64,000 nt of DNA from the human T2T-CHM13v2.0 reference genome, Homo sapiens: NCBI RefSeq assembly GCF_009914755.1, contig NC_060936.1; one strand, written 5' to 3'. Position numbers and translations under genes: made by a program. Shown in pieces: positions 44,970 through 60,264 of the stretch (the first letter of the stretch is position 1; the number at the start of each line of letters is the position of its first letter). The notes under the pieces are model-generated. The model was not told the origin of the DNA, searched no databases, and saw nothing but the letters and a program-made list of their open reading frames with translations.

Positions 44970-46520
44970 ACATACACAAATATTCCAGGATACAGAAAAA
45001 AACATTTAAAAATCCGAGACCCAGAACACTTCTGGTCCCAAGCATTTCAGATAAGGGATATCAATCTGTACTACCAATAAGGATTTCGTAATTCCCCTAA
45101 CTGCAAATGTCCTCTTCATTTGTTCTTTATGAGAAAACCCGGGTAGTGCCAGCACCTGGATACAGTATTTACACCCTGCAGACCCTAAAGATTTCAGATT
45201 CAGTTAGCAAACCTTGATGAAGCACCTGCTGGACACTGAGGGACCCAAAGCTCAATCAGCCATAATCCCTGCTTTCAGAGTTTATATTGTACCTGCCTAA
45301 TCCACCCGGCGTGACTCATTTCAACACTAAGTACTAGGGGTGTTGTCAGGAGACAAATCTGAAGTCAGGAGAGGAAAATGCAAAGGAGCCCTGCCGTGTG
45401 ATGGATGTGCATTCTCACTTGGGTCTTGAAGTTCTCATTCCTACATCTCAAGCTAGCCAGGCAGTCTCCTCTCTATCAGAAGAAAGCACTGGTAATTGGC
45501 TAGACTGGCTATGTTGAAGGTAACATGAACTCTTAAGATCTTGACCCAGGGCGACTTGGTTTTGCTTAAGGTGGCATCACCAATGTTCCAAATCCTTTGG
45601 GGAGATGAGGGCATCCCCACAGAAAAAGAGGAATAATAGACCAATGGATTTTCTCCTTTCACCAGTATGTTTGGAACCCTCTGATCCAATGTCTTTTGAT
45701 ACTGATCTCTTGTCCAAATGAGAATGTCGCTTTAGCTGAAATTCAAATGGCTGTGACAATTTACCGAAATGATGAAGTAACCACCATTCCCACCTTTCAC
45801 CGCCTAGGCTCCAAGTCTGAATACATTTTTGAAATAGGAACTCCCTTTTGCAAAAAAGAAACCTGGGTGTCAGGGAGGTGAAGTGACTTGCCCTAGGAGC
45901 AGACAGCATGCCAAGAATGGAATTAGGCTCAGGATCCAGCCTGGGCTCACCCTGTCTGGCTCATTCCCACCCAGGAAACTGAAGATAAAAGATTTGGGAA
46001 AACACACCAAGAAAAAGGGGCAGTTTTCTTTGCCCAAGCATTTGGTGCTAGTTAGAGGCTGTTCACTCTCTCCTGCTCCTCTTCGGAGTAGAAATAAAGG
46101 CTGTGACACAAGGAAGCCAGTGGGGTGGGAGGGAGGCACCATAATCCCTCCCTAAAACCCACAGAAGACTAACCTGATACTCTTTTGACCCAACTGCATC
46201 AACACTAAACAGCTGCAGACCCCCTGAATCTTTCACACATGCCAAGTGAACATTCTTGATGATTTCTCTTTGTGACCGCAACCACCTGCAAACCAGAACG
46301 ACTCTAGAATTTCCTTCCCCGCCCCCCTTTTTGTTTAGTTTCTAATCTCTTGTTTATGAGGTGTGGGGTTTATAAGGGACTGAATCAAATGAATGTAACA
46401 AAAAAGAAAAAAAAAAAACAAAAAAAAATGCCTTTTCTCAGGGCCAGTGAGTTGCAAATAATTTTTAAAGAAAAGCCTATAATTACATCATCTCAATAAA
46501 TTTTTTATAAAAAAAAAAAA
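42182..46520 (+). other. ETV6: ETV6 3'UTR (~4.3 kb)
   Basis: Alu-free stretch from the stop codon to AATAAA at 46495-46500. Length agrees with my recollection of the long ETV6 3'UTR. Confidence 0.8.
44670..45068 (-). mobile_element. Tigger4b-like DNA transposon in the ETV6 3'UTR with internal (TA)n
   Basis: TA-caggttgagcatccctaatctg...tggtcccaagcatttcagataagggatatcaatctg-TA. Confidence 0.85.
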
Positions 46521-46521
46521 A
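46495..46521 (+). terminator. Distal poly(A) signal AATAAA and likely cleavage region
   Basis: AATAAA at 46495-46500, TGTA at 46394 upstream, T-rich element and genomic A13 downstream. Confidence 0.75.
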
Positions 46522-47369
46522 CCATGAAGTCCAGAGTCTCTGTTTTTAATAATATGAAATGGAGTCAGACAAGGTGCTCCGATGAGGTAAATCCTGTCTC
46601 CACTCAATTATGGTATAAAGGGCAATCATGGTTTTTCTCTGGCAGCAAGTCTCCGCTGCAGGGCAGTCTGCAGGCGATCTTTAGACAAGTGGTACCGGAA
46701 AGGTCAGAGTGAACCATTCCAAGCTGAGCAGCTGCCACAGGTGGAAGAATTACCAAGAGGAACCGTGATCAGAGATGCTTGGGTCCCATGCTGTGGTGAA
46801 GGTTTATTAGCTCACTGAGAACTTAGCAATGCCAGGTCCTCACACAATAGAATTGCCCCTTAAATCTGCTGAGATCAGAGGTCTAAGCCTACCAGGTGAT
46901 GAAGGCGTAAGGGCTGGGATAGATCCTATGACTAAATACAGGACTGTAATGACCTAGAAGGTCATCACACAGCTCAGAGCCAGCCCACATGCTCAGAATG
47001 TCCCAGCCAACCTGACCAACAGAGCCACCCACCAACCAGTGGGCACTTGGGAGTTCAAGATCAAACATTCTGCACTTGACCAGAACTATCTGCCATCAGA
47101 AGTGGGTGGAAACAAGGGGAAGAATGGAAGAGGAAGCAAATGCATTGCTGTTGAGCAAATGGGGCGGAGGTTCAAAATGTCTAAGAAATCAGCAGTCTCA
47201 GAAAATGTTCTTAGTTTACTTTTGTCTTTAGGTTAACCCAGTTACTCTGTATCCCCTGAGAATGATTGCTGAAATTTGGCCCTATATTCTGTATGATCAG
47301 AGCACAGTATCAAATAAGGGTCTAGATATTTTTTTTGTGGTGCTAAAAATGCATTCGAAGCTACTATTT

Positions 47370-47521
47370 CTATAATGCAGCATTAGAGAACTTGCTAGAA
47401 ATGCAAATTATCAGTTCCCACCCCATAAACTGAATCAGAAACTTTGGAGCTGGGACCCAGCAGTATGTTTTAACAAGCACTCTGGGTGATTCTGATGCAC
47501 ACAAAAGTCTGAGAGTCACTG
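47370..47521 (+). mobile_element. MER5A-like
   Basis: gaacttgctagaaatgcaaatt...ctgaatcagaaact...ggtgattctgatgcac. Confidence 0.75.
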
Positions 47522-48130
47522 CTACCAATTTCTTCATCTTAGTATGAAAGAGAGCTTGTAGCAATTTAAACAATAAACTCAAAATAATTGATGACAACTA
47601 ATTTGCATCAATAGTACTCACACACAATAACGCTGCATTTTCCTAATGGTAGATATACTGTGGAATGAGGCTAAGTGGACACAGAATCACATACCAAAGT
47701 CATCGTCTTGTTTTCTCCAAACCTTTTAAGCAATCAGTTTGCTGTAAAGATGAGCTGTTTTAAAGGGTAACTCTTAACAGCTGACCTGCCCTTGCAAATT
47801 AGAGCACAGCAATTTATCCACTTATGCCCACTTATCTGCCTAACCAACCTGATCTAAAAAGAAAAATAAAAGGATTATTCTCATCTGCTAACTGACCTTG
47901 GCTGTCTGTCCCCGGAATTATTAAACAGAGCCTGGATGAGCATTTAGCCAGGGCATTTGCAGAGGACTCTAGAACCACTGGACTAGACCAGTGCTTCTCA
48001 AACCTGAAAGTGCTTATGAATCATCAGATCTCAGGGAAAAAAGCAGATTTTGCTTCAGTAGTATCTTGGGAAGTCTGGACAGAAGATCTGTTCTTCTACC
48101 CTACTCTCTGGGTGGGGCTTGAGGTGCTGC

Positions 48131-48132
<2 letters not shown>

Positions 48133-48163
<31 letters not shown>

Positions 48164-48441
48164 AGACAGAGTCTCACTCTATCGCGCAGGCTGGAGTGCA
48201 GTGGCACGATCTCGGCTCACTGCAAGCTCCGCCTCCCGGGTTCAAGCAATTCTCTGCCTCAGCCTCCCAAGAAGCTGGGATTACAGATGCCTGCCACTAC
48301 GCCTGGCTAATTTTTTCTATTTTTAGTAGAGACGGGGTTTCACCGTATTAGCCAGGATGGTCTCGATCTCCTGGCCTCGTGATCTGCCCGCCTCAGCCTC
48401 CCAAAGTGTTGAGATTACAGGCGTGAGCCACCGCACCTGGC
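48133..48441 (-). mobile_element. AluS inserted in a MER5-like element (~47989-48510)
   Basis: T30 tail; TSD tgaggt(g/t)ctgcac. Confidence 0.88.
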
Positions 48442-50096
48442 TGAGGTTCTGCACGTCTAAAAAGCTCCAGGTAGTGCTGATGGTGCTGGTCCAGGGACCA
48501 CACTGAGTAGTGAGAAGACAGTCTCCCTTCAGACCCTGAAATGCTAACTGTAATGCAAAACTGACCGAACCCCTCCCTTTGTTGTTTTCCTCTGCTAATT
48601 CCTCCCTAGAATGGTCCCTGGGCCCAGTCCTGCTCTGTGAGAAGTTTGCTTATTCCCTTTCAGGGCAGCATCAAGAGTAAACAACATGATCAAAAGCCTC
48701 TTCACCAAGTGAAGGAACAGCTATTCATGTACTGGACCTTCATACAGACATTCATAACCAGATGCCTCATGGTCATCATTCTTATGGGAAGCAATGAGAA
48801 TTCCAAGCATCACTGCCTCTCAGCCTCTAGAAAGACCAGTCTTGGTCACTGAAAGCAGACAGAACACTAACAATGCCATTCTTGATGTTCTAAATGGCAT
48901 AGATAGGATGGATGAGCAGATCTTCCATGCAAACAGTCCAAGATGCTGACATTAAAATCAGATAATCCTGTTTGTTAGTACTTAACAGATTCACTGTTTT
49001 CTTATTTTTTTTAATTAAGGCCTTCAGTCTCTGCCAGATTAAGATGATAGATTTCTGTTAGTAAAAACCACTGAGGAACGTCTGCTTAATCTCTTCTGAG
49101 ACAATAGAAGACTATTTCCTCTCCCCAAACCCTCTTAGCAGTGGCCTTCTGGAGTCCTCTGAGATGTTCATGCCTTTTCCCTCAACCAGAATTTTGGTCA
49201 TGAGATCCCATATCAGACCATCCACCTGAGTTGAACTTTGCTTCCTCCAGTGCCTCTGGGAGAGCTAAGTGCTAGCTCGGTGCCCCAGCTGCAAGCACTT
49301 CTATAAAAGCAACTAAATGCCTCCATGCAGTGAATTGCTCATGTGCCTCTGTCCCCTACTAAAGCTCTCTAAAGGTAGAGTATTTTATGCACATTTTTAC
49401 TACCAGCCCCTTGCATGGGGCTGGCACAAGGTATATGTTAATAAGTGTTTTAAATGGGAGTGAAGTCAGAGAAACTCTTTGTGACCTTAATTTAGGCAAA
49501 GATTTCTTGAATATGACACCAAAAAATCCATAAAAGAAAAAAATGGATAAATTGGACTTCATCAAAATTAAAACTTGCTCCTCAAAACACACCATATTCA
49601 GAAAATGAAAAGATAAGTTACAGACTGGGAGAAAATATTTGCAAGTCATTTGATAAAGAACTTGTATCCAGGATAAACTTCCACAACTCAATAAGATGAA
49701 TAACCCGATTTTAAAATGGTCAAAAGATTTAAACAGACATTTCACCAAAGAATTTATAGAAATGGTTGTTAAGCACACAAAAAGATGCTCAACATTATTA
49801 GTCACTAAGGAAAGGTAAATTAAAACCACAGTGAGATAACAACTCATCCACAAAAGGCTATAATAAAGACTGTCAATACCAAGTGTTGGCTAGGAGGTGG
49901 AAAAACTGGAACCCTCATACATTGCTGGTGGGGATGTAAAATGGCACAGCCACTTTGGACAACAGTTTGGCAGCTTCTTAAAAAGTTAAGCATAAATTTG
50001 TCATATCCAAAAAATTTCACTCTGAAGTATCTTCTCAAAGAAATGAAAACACGTCCACACAAAGACGTATACACAAATATTTAGAGCAGCATTATT

Positions 50097-50390
50097 TTAC
50101 TTTATTTTGAGATGGGGTCTCACTCTGTTGCCCAGGCTGGAATACACTGATGCAATCACACCTCACTGCAGCCTGAAACTTCTGGGCTCAAGTGATCCTC
50201 CCATCTCAGCCCCCTGAGTAGCTGGGACTACAGGTGTGTGCCATGCGCTGGCCAACTTTTTTTTATTTTTTGTAGAAACAGGGTCTCGCTATGTTGCCTA
50301 GGCTGGTCTTGAACTCCTGGGCTCAAGCGATCCACCTGCCTCAGCTTCCCAAAGTGCTGGGATTACAGGTATGCGCCACTGCACCCGGCC
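50097..50390 (-). mobile_element. AluJ
   Basis: Reverse dimer; TSD agcagcattatt. Confidence 0.88.
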
Positions 50391-50412
50391 CAGCAGCATT
50401 ATTCATAATAGA

Positions 50413-50693
<281 letters not shown>

Positions 50694-50852
50694 GGCTGGG
50701 CGCAGTGGCTCACACCTGTAATCCCAGCAACTCGGGAGGCTGAGGCAGGAGAATCGCTTGAACAGGGAAATGGAAGTTGCAGTGAGCCGAGATCACGCCA
50801 CTGCACTCCAGCCTGGGCCACAGAGCAAGACTCTGTCTCAAAAAAAAAAAAA
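50694..50852 (+). mobile_element. Monomeric Alu (left-arm start fused to right arm)
   Basis: ggctgggcgcagtggctcacacctgtaatcccagca joined to actcgggaggctgaggcaggagaatcgcttg...A tail. Confidence 0.82.
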
Positions 50853-51968
50853 GACAAAAACCAGAAACAATCCACACATCCATTAACTGGTGAATAGATA
50901 AATAAAATGTAGTAGATCCAGGCAATGGAATACTATTTAGCAACAAAAAGGAAACAAACCATTGATACATGCAATAACATGAATGAAACTCAAAAACATA
51001 TTCAGTTATATAAAATTTCCAGTAAAGGCAAATCTATAAAGACAGGAGGAGATGAGTGTTTACCTGGGGATGGAGGTGGGAGTGGGGATTGAATGGAAAC
51101 AAGCAAGAGGGAACTTTTGGAGATAATGGAAATGTTCTAAAATTGGATAGTCATGATGGTTGCATAAATCTATACATTTACTAGAACTTATTGAACTGTA
51201 CCCTTATAAAGAATGTGTTTTAAGGTACATAATTTTACTTCAAAAAAGCTGTTAATACAAAAAAAAAGGAAAAGAAAACAATCTACATAAATCAATTCAC
51301 GCTGGTTGTATGGTAAGTGGGACTGTCTTCAGGAGCTGCACATAGGACTCAAATAAAGGAATTATAGAAAAATATACTAATAATGTAATATACTAATAAA
51401 AATGAAACATTAAGAGAAATTATGACAGCAAGAAATCAATTACATTCTGTTCATCAACCAACCTCCCCAGGGCTAGGCCTCTCAACAGTCCAGGAAGTCT
51501 GAGTAAACCACGGCTCTCTCAGAAATACTTTAAACTATGGACACCCCAGAAGGAACCCCAGAAACACACAGCCCTTGATGGCCACCCCCTGCCAGCATCA
51601 GGTGGCTCCAGGCAGTTGTATAGACAGCGGCCCTAATTTGAACTGGTAGCCTAGGATATTGGAAGACCATTTGATGCTGAGACTCCAAGTCATAGATTCT
51701 TAAAGCTACACAGCAACATAAAGGCCATCTGAATCAGTAGGTGTTTGTTTGTGTTATGTGTGGCCCCAGGGCTTCCCAAAGGGGATAAGGAGTAATGGGG
51801 GAGAAATGCCTCAGGAATGAATCTGGGAGCCTGAGAAGGACCCAACTGAAATCAGACGATGGGAACACCAAGCAGGGAGATGGTTTAACACACCTGTGGG
51901 CTATTATTCTTCAACTATGAAATTAACATCTATTTAGTTGGGGTGAAGAGCAAATTATTTTTTACTCA

Positions 51969-52295
<327 letters not shown>

Positions 52296-53029
52296 TTATG
52301 TACAAAATAAGAAATGCATTATATGCACTGAAAATATCATTACATTTTTACTTTATCTAAAACTATCTCAAAAGATAGTATCTTTCCATTCATAACAGTC
52401 ATGTATAAAAGATGGAGATATATTCCATGTCTACTATAATGCAAAACATCTTCAAAATGTGTTTTAAAATGATTTCCTCTGTCTGTCATGTTGGTAAAAC
52501 GTTTTTCACTGTTCTGTAGTTCATATTCCCTCTTCTCTTTCCTTTTATGAATATCTGAACTAGGCAGCCTCTTGGGAAGTGTATGAAAGACTTCTAAAAT
52601 TAGATAATAAAATAAATCACTCATTCCTGATAAATAGCATTACACAGTCAATCATTTTGTCTCAGAACTTTAGCCTATTGCTACTGTAGGGAAAACTTTT
52701 TGAGGCCATGGTCTCAGGACCAGGGGAACAGCCTGCAATCTCAGCACGTGCTTTGCTATGTGGGGAGCAAAGCTGTCATCAGAGATAGGGCAGTACTAGA
52801 AAGGATGTTGGTTTTGTCCACCCGAGAATTCTGTCTGATGGACAATGTCTGAACGTCAATGTCCAAATTTCATTTTGCCAGTCACATCAGGAATTCTAGA
52901 CAGAGACTAGAAGTTCATTGGTACCAAGTTTCTGCTTTATGCCCTTCTGATTTAGTGTGCCTGACATAGGCTGGTGCCCAACACAGCTGGCTGGCTGGCC
53001 TGAGAGCAACAGCACAAGACACTTACACA

Positions 53030-53260
53030 GGTGCAGTCTGCAGTCAGAGTGCCCGGATCCAAGTCCCACACCTGCTGTCACTAGCTATGTGACCTCAGGC
53101 CATGAACTTAACCACGCTGTGCCTCAGTTTCCTCAAATGCAAAATCGGGATGATGATAATGATAGTGCCCACCTCAGAAGGAAGGTTGTGGGGATTAAAG
53201 GAGGTATTACAGAGAAAGTGCTTAGAAAAGTGCACAGCACATTCCATATTAACTGCTATG
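53030..53260 (+). mobile_element. MIR
   Basis: ctagctatgtgacctcaggc...gtgcctcagtttcctcaaatgcaaaatcggg. Confidence 0.75.
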
Positions 53261-53947
53261 ACTTCTATAATTTAGTCTGGATCTACTGAGCCACCAACCA
53301 CTGCTTCACTCAGAGCAGCTCTGCTTTTATCATTTCTACACATTGGGATTCCACCAAAAGACACCTTCTCATAAAAAAGTTTCCATGGTTTTTGTTTTGT
53401 TTTGTTTCAGTTTGAACATCATGGAAGGATTACAACCCCCTCACTTTACAAATGAAGGGTCAGAGGCCCAGCGGGATGAGGGGCTACCCCGAGTCCTCCC
53501 ACACCCTGGGGTTGTCTGAGCCTGGGCCCCCGCCTGGCATTCTCACTTCACCTCCCTTCATGGGGCCACATTCTCAGTCTCGAAGAGCACCTGAGCGCCC
53601 AGTGATATTTATTTGTGGCAATGGACTCAACCCAAGGGAAATATTGGCTTGACTCAGGTTTACGGAGAATATTTTGATCTGGTTTTGTTCCAGTTCAATA
53701 GCTTTAGGAAATGTGTAGGTTTCGTTCTATTTAAAATCAGTACGCCAAACTCTTTGATTTTGTTTTCTCTTTCTTTTTAAGAAAGTCCTGACTCAGCTAC
53801 CCTATGCACAAAACTATATTATTTGGGTTCAGTTTTGGGGCTAGGAAATTTGAACACCACTTCAAAAAGGAGCCCTGAATGTGGAGAAGCCACATCACTA
53901 GGCCCTAGAAGTCTTGCCGTTTGAGGAACCAGGGGATCAAGCTGTGA

Positions 53948-54452
<505 letters not shown>

Positions 54453-56171
54453 TAATTCAATGATGAAAATGGGTAACAATCCTAACCCATACATGATAGT
54501 TCCCTTCCCTCTTTCCTGCCTGCTAAATCCTCCCTGCAACACACATCCATACTGCCCTTCCAGCACTAATTTTCTGTCTTCTAATTCTGTAAAATTATGA
54601 ATGGGAAAATCACCCAATGACAATTGCCGAGGTATCTTAGACCTTTTGTTTCTAATCAACTGAATTGCCACTTCACCTCTTCAAGCGATGTATAGCCCTT
54701 AGTCAAGACCTTGGCCAAAATAAGGTAATTACCTTTTGACACAACCTGGGAAGTCAGAGCATCCTTCCTCCGCCAGTCTCCGCAAAGAGGAGCCTCCCCC
54801 AAGACTAGAAATCCACACGCTCTTTTCCCACTCCACCTCTTCCTCCTAGTAAAAGTCTGTGTGTGCCGTTTGCATCGGCTTGGAGCTGGTTAGTCAAATC
54901 AGGAGATGAACGCAAATTCTCCAAGAAATTTGAAATCTGCTTTGAGCAATTCAGTTTGGATCTCTTTCGTTTCCTTTCCTTAACAGCCCCCAATACTTGT
55001 TCCCTACCTGAGGAAAACCTAGGAGGGCATGGAGATGGCTGTATTCCCAGACCAAAGATTTTCCATTTAAAGGAAATGTGGGGTCTGGTTTGGTCTGTTT
55101 CAGTGTCATCAGGGTTTTAAACAATCAAATAAATCTCCCTTGCTAGTAGATACTTCATTCTCTGCCCCTGCTCCCAGGATTCATCACCATAGTTATCTTC
55201 AAACATCACCTCGGTGCCGATGACGACATGGCACCTGGCCAGGTGTGAAGGAAAGTCACCTTAAGGACCTTCCCTGTGAAGGGTATAAACTTGGACTCAA
55301 ATACAACATGAGTAGGGGAAGAGGTGGCCACTTAGGGACTTCTGGGCCAGGCCACCTGGCTGAGAAATTTGCCATGAGGAATACCTAGTTCACCTCTACA
55401 CGTAGCTATAAGGGCTTCTTCCACTTCAGACATGTGATGTGGCTTACGCAACAGTCAAGCAGGAATTATGCCAATATAAAATAATCATGCAGTGTCATGA
55501 TGTAGCTGCTCCTTTAGTCTCCCCCACTTTATAATTTTCGGTGCCAACCATTGGATGAGCTCAAGCTTGCCAAGGCACATTCCCTTTCCCTCTGTGTGCC
55601 CCACAGAGGACCCAGTTACTGGGAGACCACTCAGCCCTCATTGCAGTTCTAACAGGTCTAGCCCAAAGGCCTTCAGGCTAGTCAACTTCAGATTACTTTG
55701 GAACATGCTTGCTCTTTGTTTTTTGAGCACATTTTGAAGGAGATCCAGATGCCCGGGGTGGAGTGAGGCTCCTAAGGTACATCATTAAGCTTTCTCAGGG
55801 AAGTAAGATCAGGGTGGTATGGGAAAAAGAGCACCAGCTTTGGAATCAGACAAAGCTGAGTTTGGAACCTGGCTCTACCACCTACAGCAATGCCATCTTG
55901 GAAAAAGTGCCCATGATTCTTGAGTAGCCATTTCCTTCTCTAGGATTTGGAAGGGTTTCTTTGAAAAGCAGAGACACTGTATGTAAGTTGCCTGGCACAC
56001 AATACACATTCAATAAACAGGACTCATTATATTCATCTGGGTGGGTTCTTTCTCCGGAAAGTGGATGGATAGCCGGATAGGGGAACTTGTATCCAAAAAT
56101 CTTATTTCCCACTCATCAAATCTTACCAGTTACTCTCTTCACATTTTCTTCTCTTTCCCCTTCATCATTCA

Positions 56172-56512
<341 letters not shown>

Positions 56513-58469
56513 TTAAAAAGAAGCAACTTTAGCACAGTGATCATTCTAGATGTCTCTTTTTCCAAATGAACTGGCCTCAAAATCCTTTATCCTTGCACAG
56601 TACTTACAAAGAGTGCTTGCTTACACTGTATCTATAACCTCATAACAACCCCATTAAAAATGTTTTCTCTCTCATTTTAAGAAAAAAGAAACTGATACTC
56701 AGGACAGGGTAAATTACTTGGTCAAATTCACATAGATAGAAAGCAGGAAAGCTTGGTTTCAAATCAAGATCCTCTGATTCCTTTTTACATGTTCTGTTAT
56801 ATTATTCAGGAAAGGAAACTCTTTGAACCATTGTCAGCCTTTGATACAGATGTTTCTTGAATTGGTTAGCAGAGAACAGAGCTCTTAAAGAGTGTTCATA
56901 GGACAAGTAAGTCTGATTGGAGGAAAGAGTCAGACATGGCAGTGATCTGGAATTTGGAGTCCTGAGAAGTAGGTAGGGGTGCCAGTGGTGTTTCCTAAGA
57001 AGGGAAGAGGTAGTATGAGAGCACTCATGTCATGAAATGTGGTGTACCAAAGAAAGGAAACATATCTGAAAGAGATATGGAAGAGTATGGAAAATACACT
57101 TTCCCAAAGTTATAATTTCACCTTAGGCCAGTCCCATCTCTCTACTATATTGACTTCTTAAACCTTTCCAACCTTTTCATGTCCTTTTCTCAGGAATCCT
57201 GTCACCCACAAGAATGTAGCCCACTTTGTTCATAGACTGGAAATGGCTGGGGACACAGCAGAATGGAAGCCCATGGTTCCAGGTGAGGCCGTCTGGAAAG
57301 AGAGAGTCTGGTGAAGGGATTAAGGAGGAAAAAAACTCTCTGGTGACCGAGTAGGCACAGGTTAGCACAATGCTAGGGGAGGAGCAGAGGGCTACCAGGT
57401 AGCTGAAGTGGGTACAGCCCCCAGATTTCAAGAACATAAACCCTGAGGGTATTTGAAGAGGAAGGAGTGTGCAGCTAAATACAGGGTGAGAATCGAAAGA
57501 TTAACAGAAACAGCATTTAAGAGTGAGGACAATCAAAATCAGAAGTGTCAGAGGATAACAAGAGAGGAGGAGGCTGTTTGTGTATACTTGTGTACGTGTA
57601 CTTGTGTGTGTGAACAGATGACAATATTACCACAGCAGCTTCAACCCCACTTCCTGTTGAAGAGTGTTTGTATGTCACTAAAGGTACCATTCAAGTGATG
57701 GGAACATAGAATGTTAGAACTAGAAGGAACCTTAGATAATTTCACATAAATTAGAACTCTCAGGAATTGAGTGACTGGCCTAAAGTCACACAGCTACTCA
57801 GTGGCATTGCTAGCATGCCTCTGTACAGTTCATCGTCTTTGGCACACAGAGTCAGAAAAATACTTCAGCAAGGAATCAGAGGAAAAGAATTAAAAACACT
57901 CTTCAAAAGCCACCAACCAACAGCACAAACAAGAAGACAGAAAGAAGAGAGGAAAATGTTCCAGAACGCACAAGTTCAGTTACGAAAAGTACCACACAAA
58001 AAGACAATTTAGTCTTAGGAAAAACAGACACTCAAAGCAGAAAAGGCATAAAATACTGTCTCAGAAAGAAATGCAAAAAACAAAAAAGATTAATTTTATG
58101 GACAGCTTGATGCCAGAGTGTGATAATAAAGTGCATGCCATAAATATTTGATTTTGTGTGAAGAAATACAGGGAACTGGTTTGTGTGAGAGGAAGGAGGT
58201 TTGGGTGGTCACTGAAATTTAAATCAAAAAAGAAGATGAATAAGCCTAGTTTGTTAGGTGAAAGCCTGCAGTTGGGTGCTCCAAAAAAGAAGCTTTCAGT
58301 AGGTTTCTCAGTGATTTATAAATACACGTGGACAGTTTCAGAAACAAAGTATCTACTAGAGCTATAAACTAGTCCTTGGTTTTCACTCTTGCCCCAGAAA
58401 TGGTTAGAAATGAAATACGTGTTTAACAAGTATTTATTAAGTTCTCATCATGTGCTAATACCTAAAATT

Positions 58470-59110
58470 GCAAAACTTTAAACAAAATGAGATTAAAGCA
58501 AAAGTTGTAACGTTGTAATACACAGAGATGTAATGCACATGACAACTAACTAATTTGACATCTATATCAAATAGATATAAATGACAGAGGGGTAGGTGAT
58601 AAACTGAACTGTAAGACTATCAGGTTCCTACATTTTACATGAAGTGATAAAATATTAACTCTATGACTCTAAAAAGTTAGGAATATATATTATAATGTCT
58701 AAGCAATCACTTAAAATGCAAAAAGACTAACAGATAAATTTTTTAAAATATTAAATTAACCCAAAAAGAGCCAGGAAAGCAGTACAGAGAACAATAACAG
58801 ATGAGACAAATAGAAAACAAAGAAAAAATATAGACCTAAATGCAATCAAATCAATAATTACATTAAATGTAAAAGGACTAAACATTCCAAATAAAAGACA
58901 GAGATTGTCAGAATGGGTAAAGAAGTAAGACCCAAGTATATGCTGCCTATAAAAGACACAGTTTTAATATAGGGACACAGATAGGTTAAAAATAGGAATA
59001 GAAAAAAAATATACCATACAAACAGTAAGCATAAGAAGACTGAAGTGGCTATATTAATGTTGGATAAAGTAGACTTCAGGGCAAAAAAAAAAGTATTAGT
59101 GGAGATAAAC
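58470..59110 (+). mobile_element. Old L1M fragment spanning the inter-ORF region and ORF2 start
   Basis: tcaataattacattaaatgtaaaaggactaaac...aaaagacagagattgtcagaatgg, a decayed endonuclease N-terminus. Confidence 0.75.
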
Positions 59111-59574
59111 AAAATGGGAGCCTCTGGAATTAAGCATTAGTTTTCTAACTACAGAACCTAAATAATCAAAGAAAGCCAAAGTGCGGCTGGGGGGAAATGT
59201 AGTACGTACAGCAATTTTCCCAAATTCCCTGTAGTTTATTTTGAAAATAATTTAAGACAACTTGGTTCAATCATACTTAACTTCCTGAGTTCTCACTAGG
59301 AAAGATAAAAGGAAAATTTTTGAAGAATAGGCTCTTCAACAAGAAGGGAAACCTGGAAACACTGAGCTGTGTGGACTCTCCAGCTTTATGTATAATTGAC
59401 ATGAACGGGGATGACCAACTATTTGTTTAACAATTATTTATTAAGTTCTCATCATGTGCTAGGCACTGGGTTAAGCATTTGGTGAACAATTCACACCTAG
59501 CCCCTTCCCTCATATTGATAAAACAAAAAAGCCAACAAGTCACTATACCAGCTATAAACAGTGATAATTACTTT

Positions 59575-59932
59575 TTCTTAAAATTTTGTTTTCCTTTGAT
59601 TCTAAGGGTACATGTGCAGGTTTGCTACATGGGTGTATTCCATACTAGTGGGAACTGGGCTCCTAGGGTACCTGTTACCTAAATAGTGAACACTGTACCT
59701 GATGGGTAATTTTTTAACCCTCAACCCCCTCCCAACCTCCCCTCTTTTGGAGTCCTCAGTGTCTATTATTTCCATCTTTATGTACACGTGTACCCACTGT
59801 TTAGCTCCCATTTAGAAGTGAGAACATGCAGTATTTGCTTTTCTGTTTCTGAGTTAATTCACTTAGCATAATGACCTTCAGCTCCATCCATGATGCTGCA
59901 AAGGGCATGATTTCCTTCTTTTTTACAGCTGC
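59575..59932 (-). mobile_element. L1PB-like 3' end
   Basis: gggtacatgtgcaggtttgctacatggg...gtgagaacatgcagtatttg...ccatccatgatgctgcaaagg. Confidence 0.8.
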
Positions 59933-60264
59933 AAATGGTGATAAATATTATCAAGAAAATACTCATGATGCTGAGATAGAGAATACCAAATGAAAAAGGA
60001 AACCTGCCTAGGATAGCATGATCAGAGAAGGGGATCAGAGGAGGTAACATTTAGGAAGAGGCTGCAAACAGAGACAGGGGTGAGGTCAGGGGAACAGTGT
60101 GTACAAAGGCATTCAGGGAGGAAAGAGCTAAGGAGTTTCTAAGGAACTGACATATGGCCAGAATAGCTGGAGCTCAGAGTAAGGCAAACAAGGACCAAAT
60201 CTTGTGGGTGAGCTCTACCAAACCTCCAAGGGACATAAAATCCAACCTTATATAAAATTGTCCA

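Noticed and set aside
49359-50074. 164-aa and 76-aa hydrophobic minus-strand ORFs
   Set aside because: Antisense reading of an old A-rich L1 3' region.
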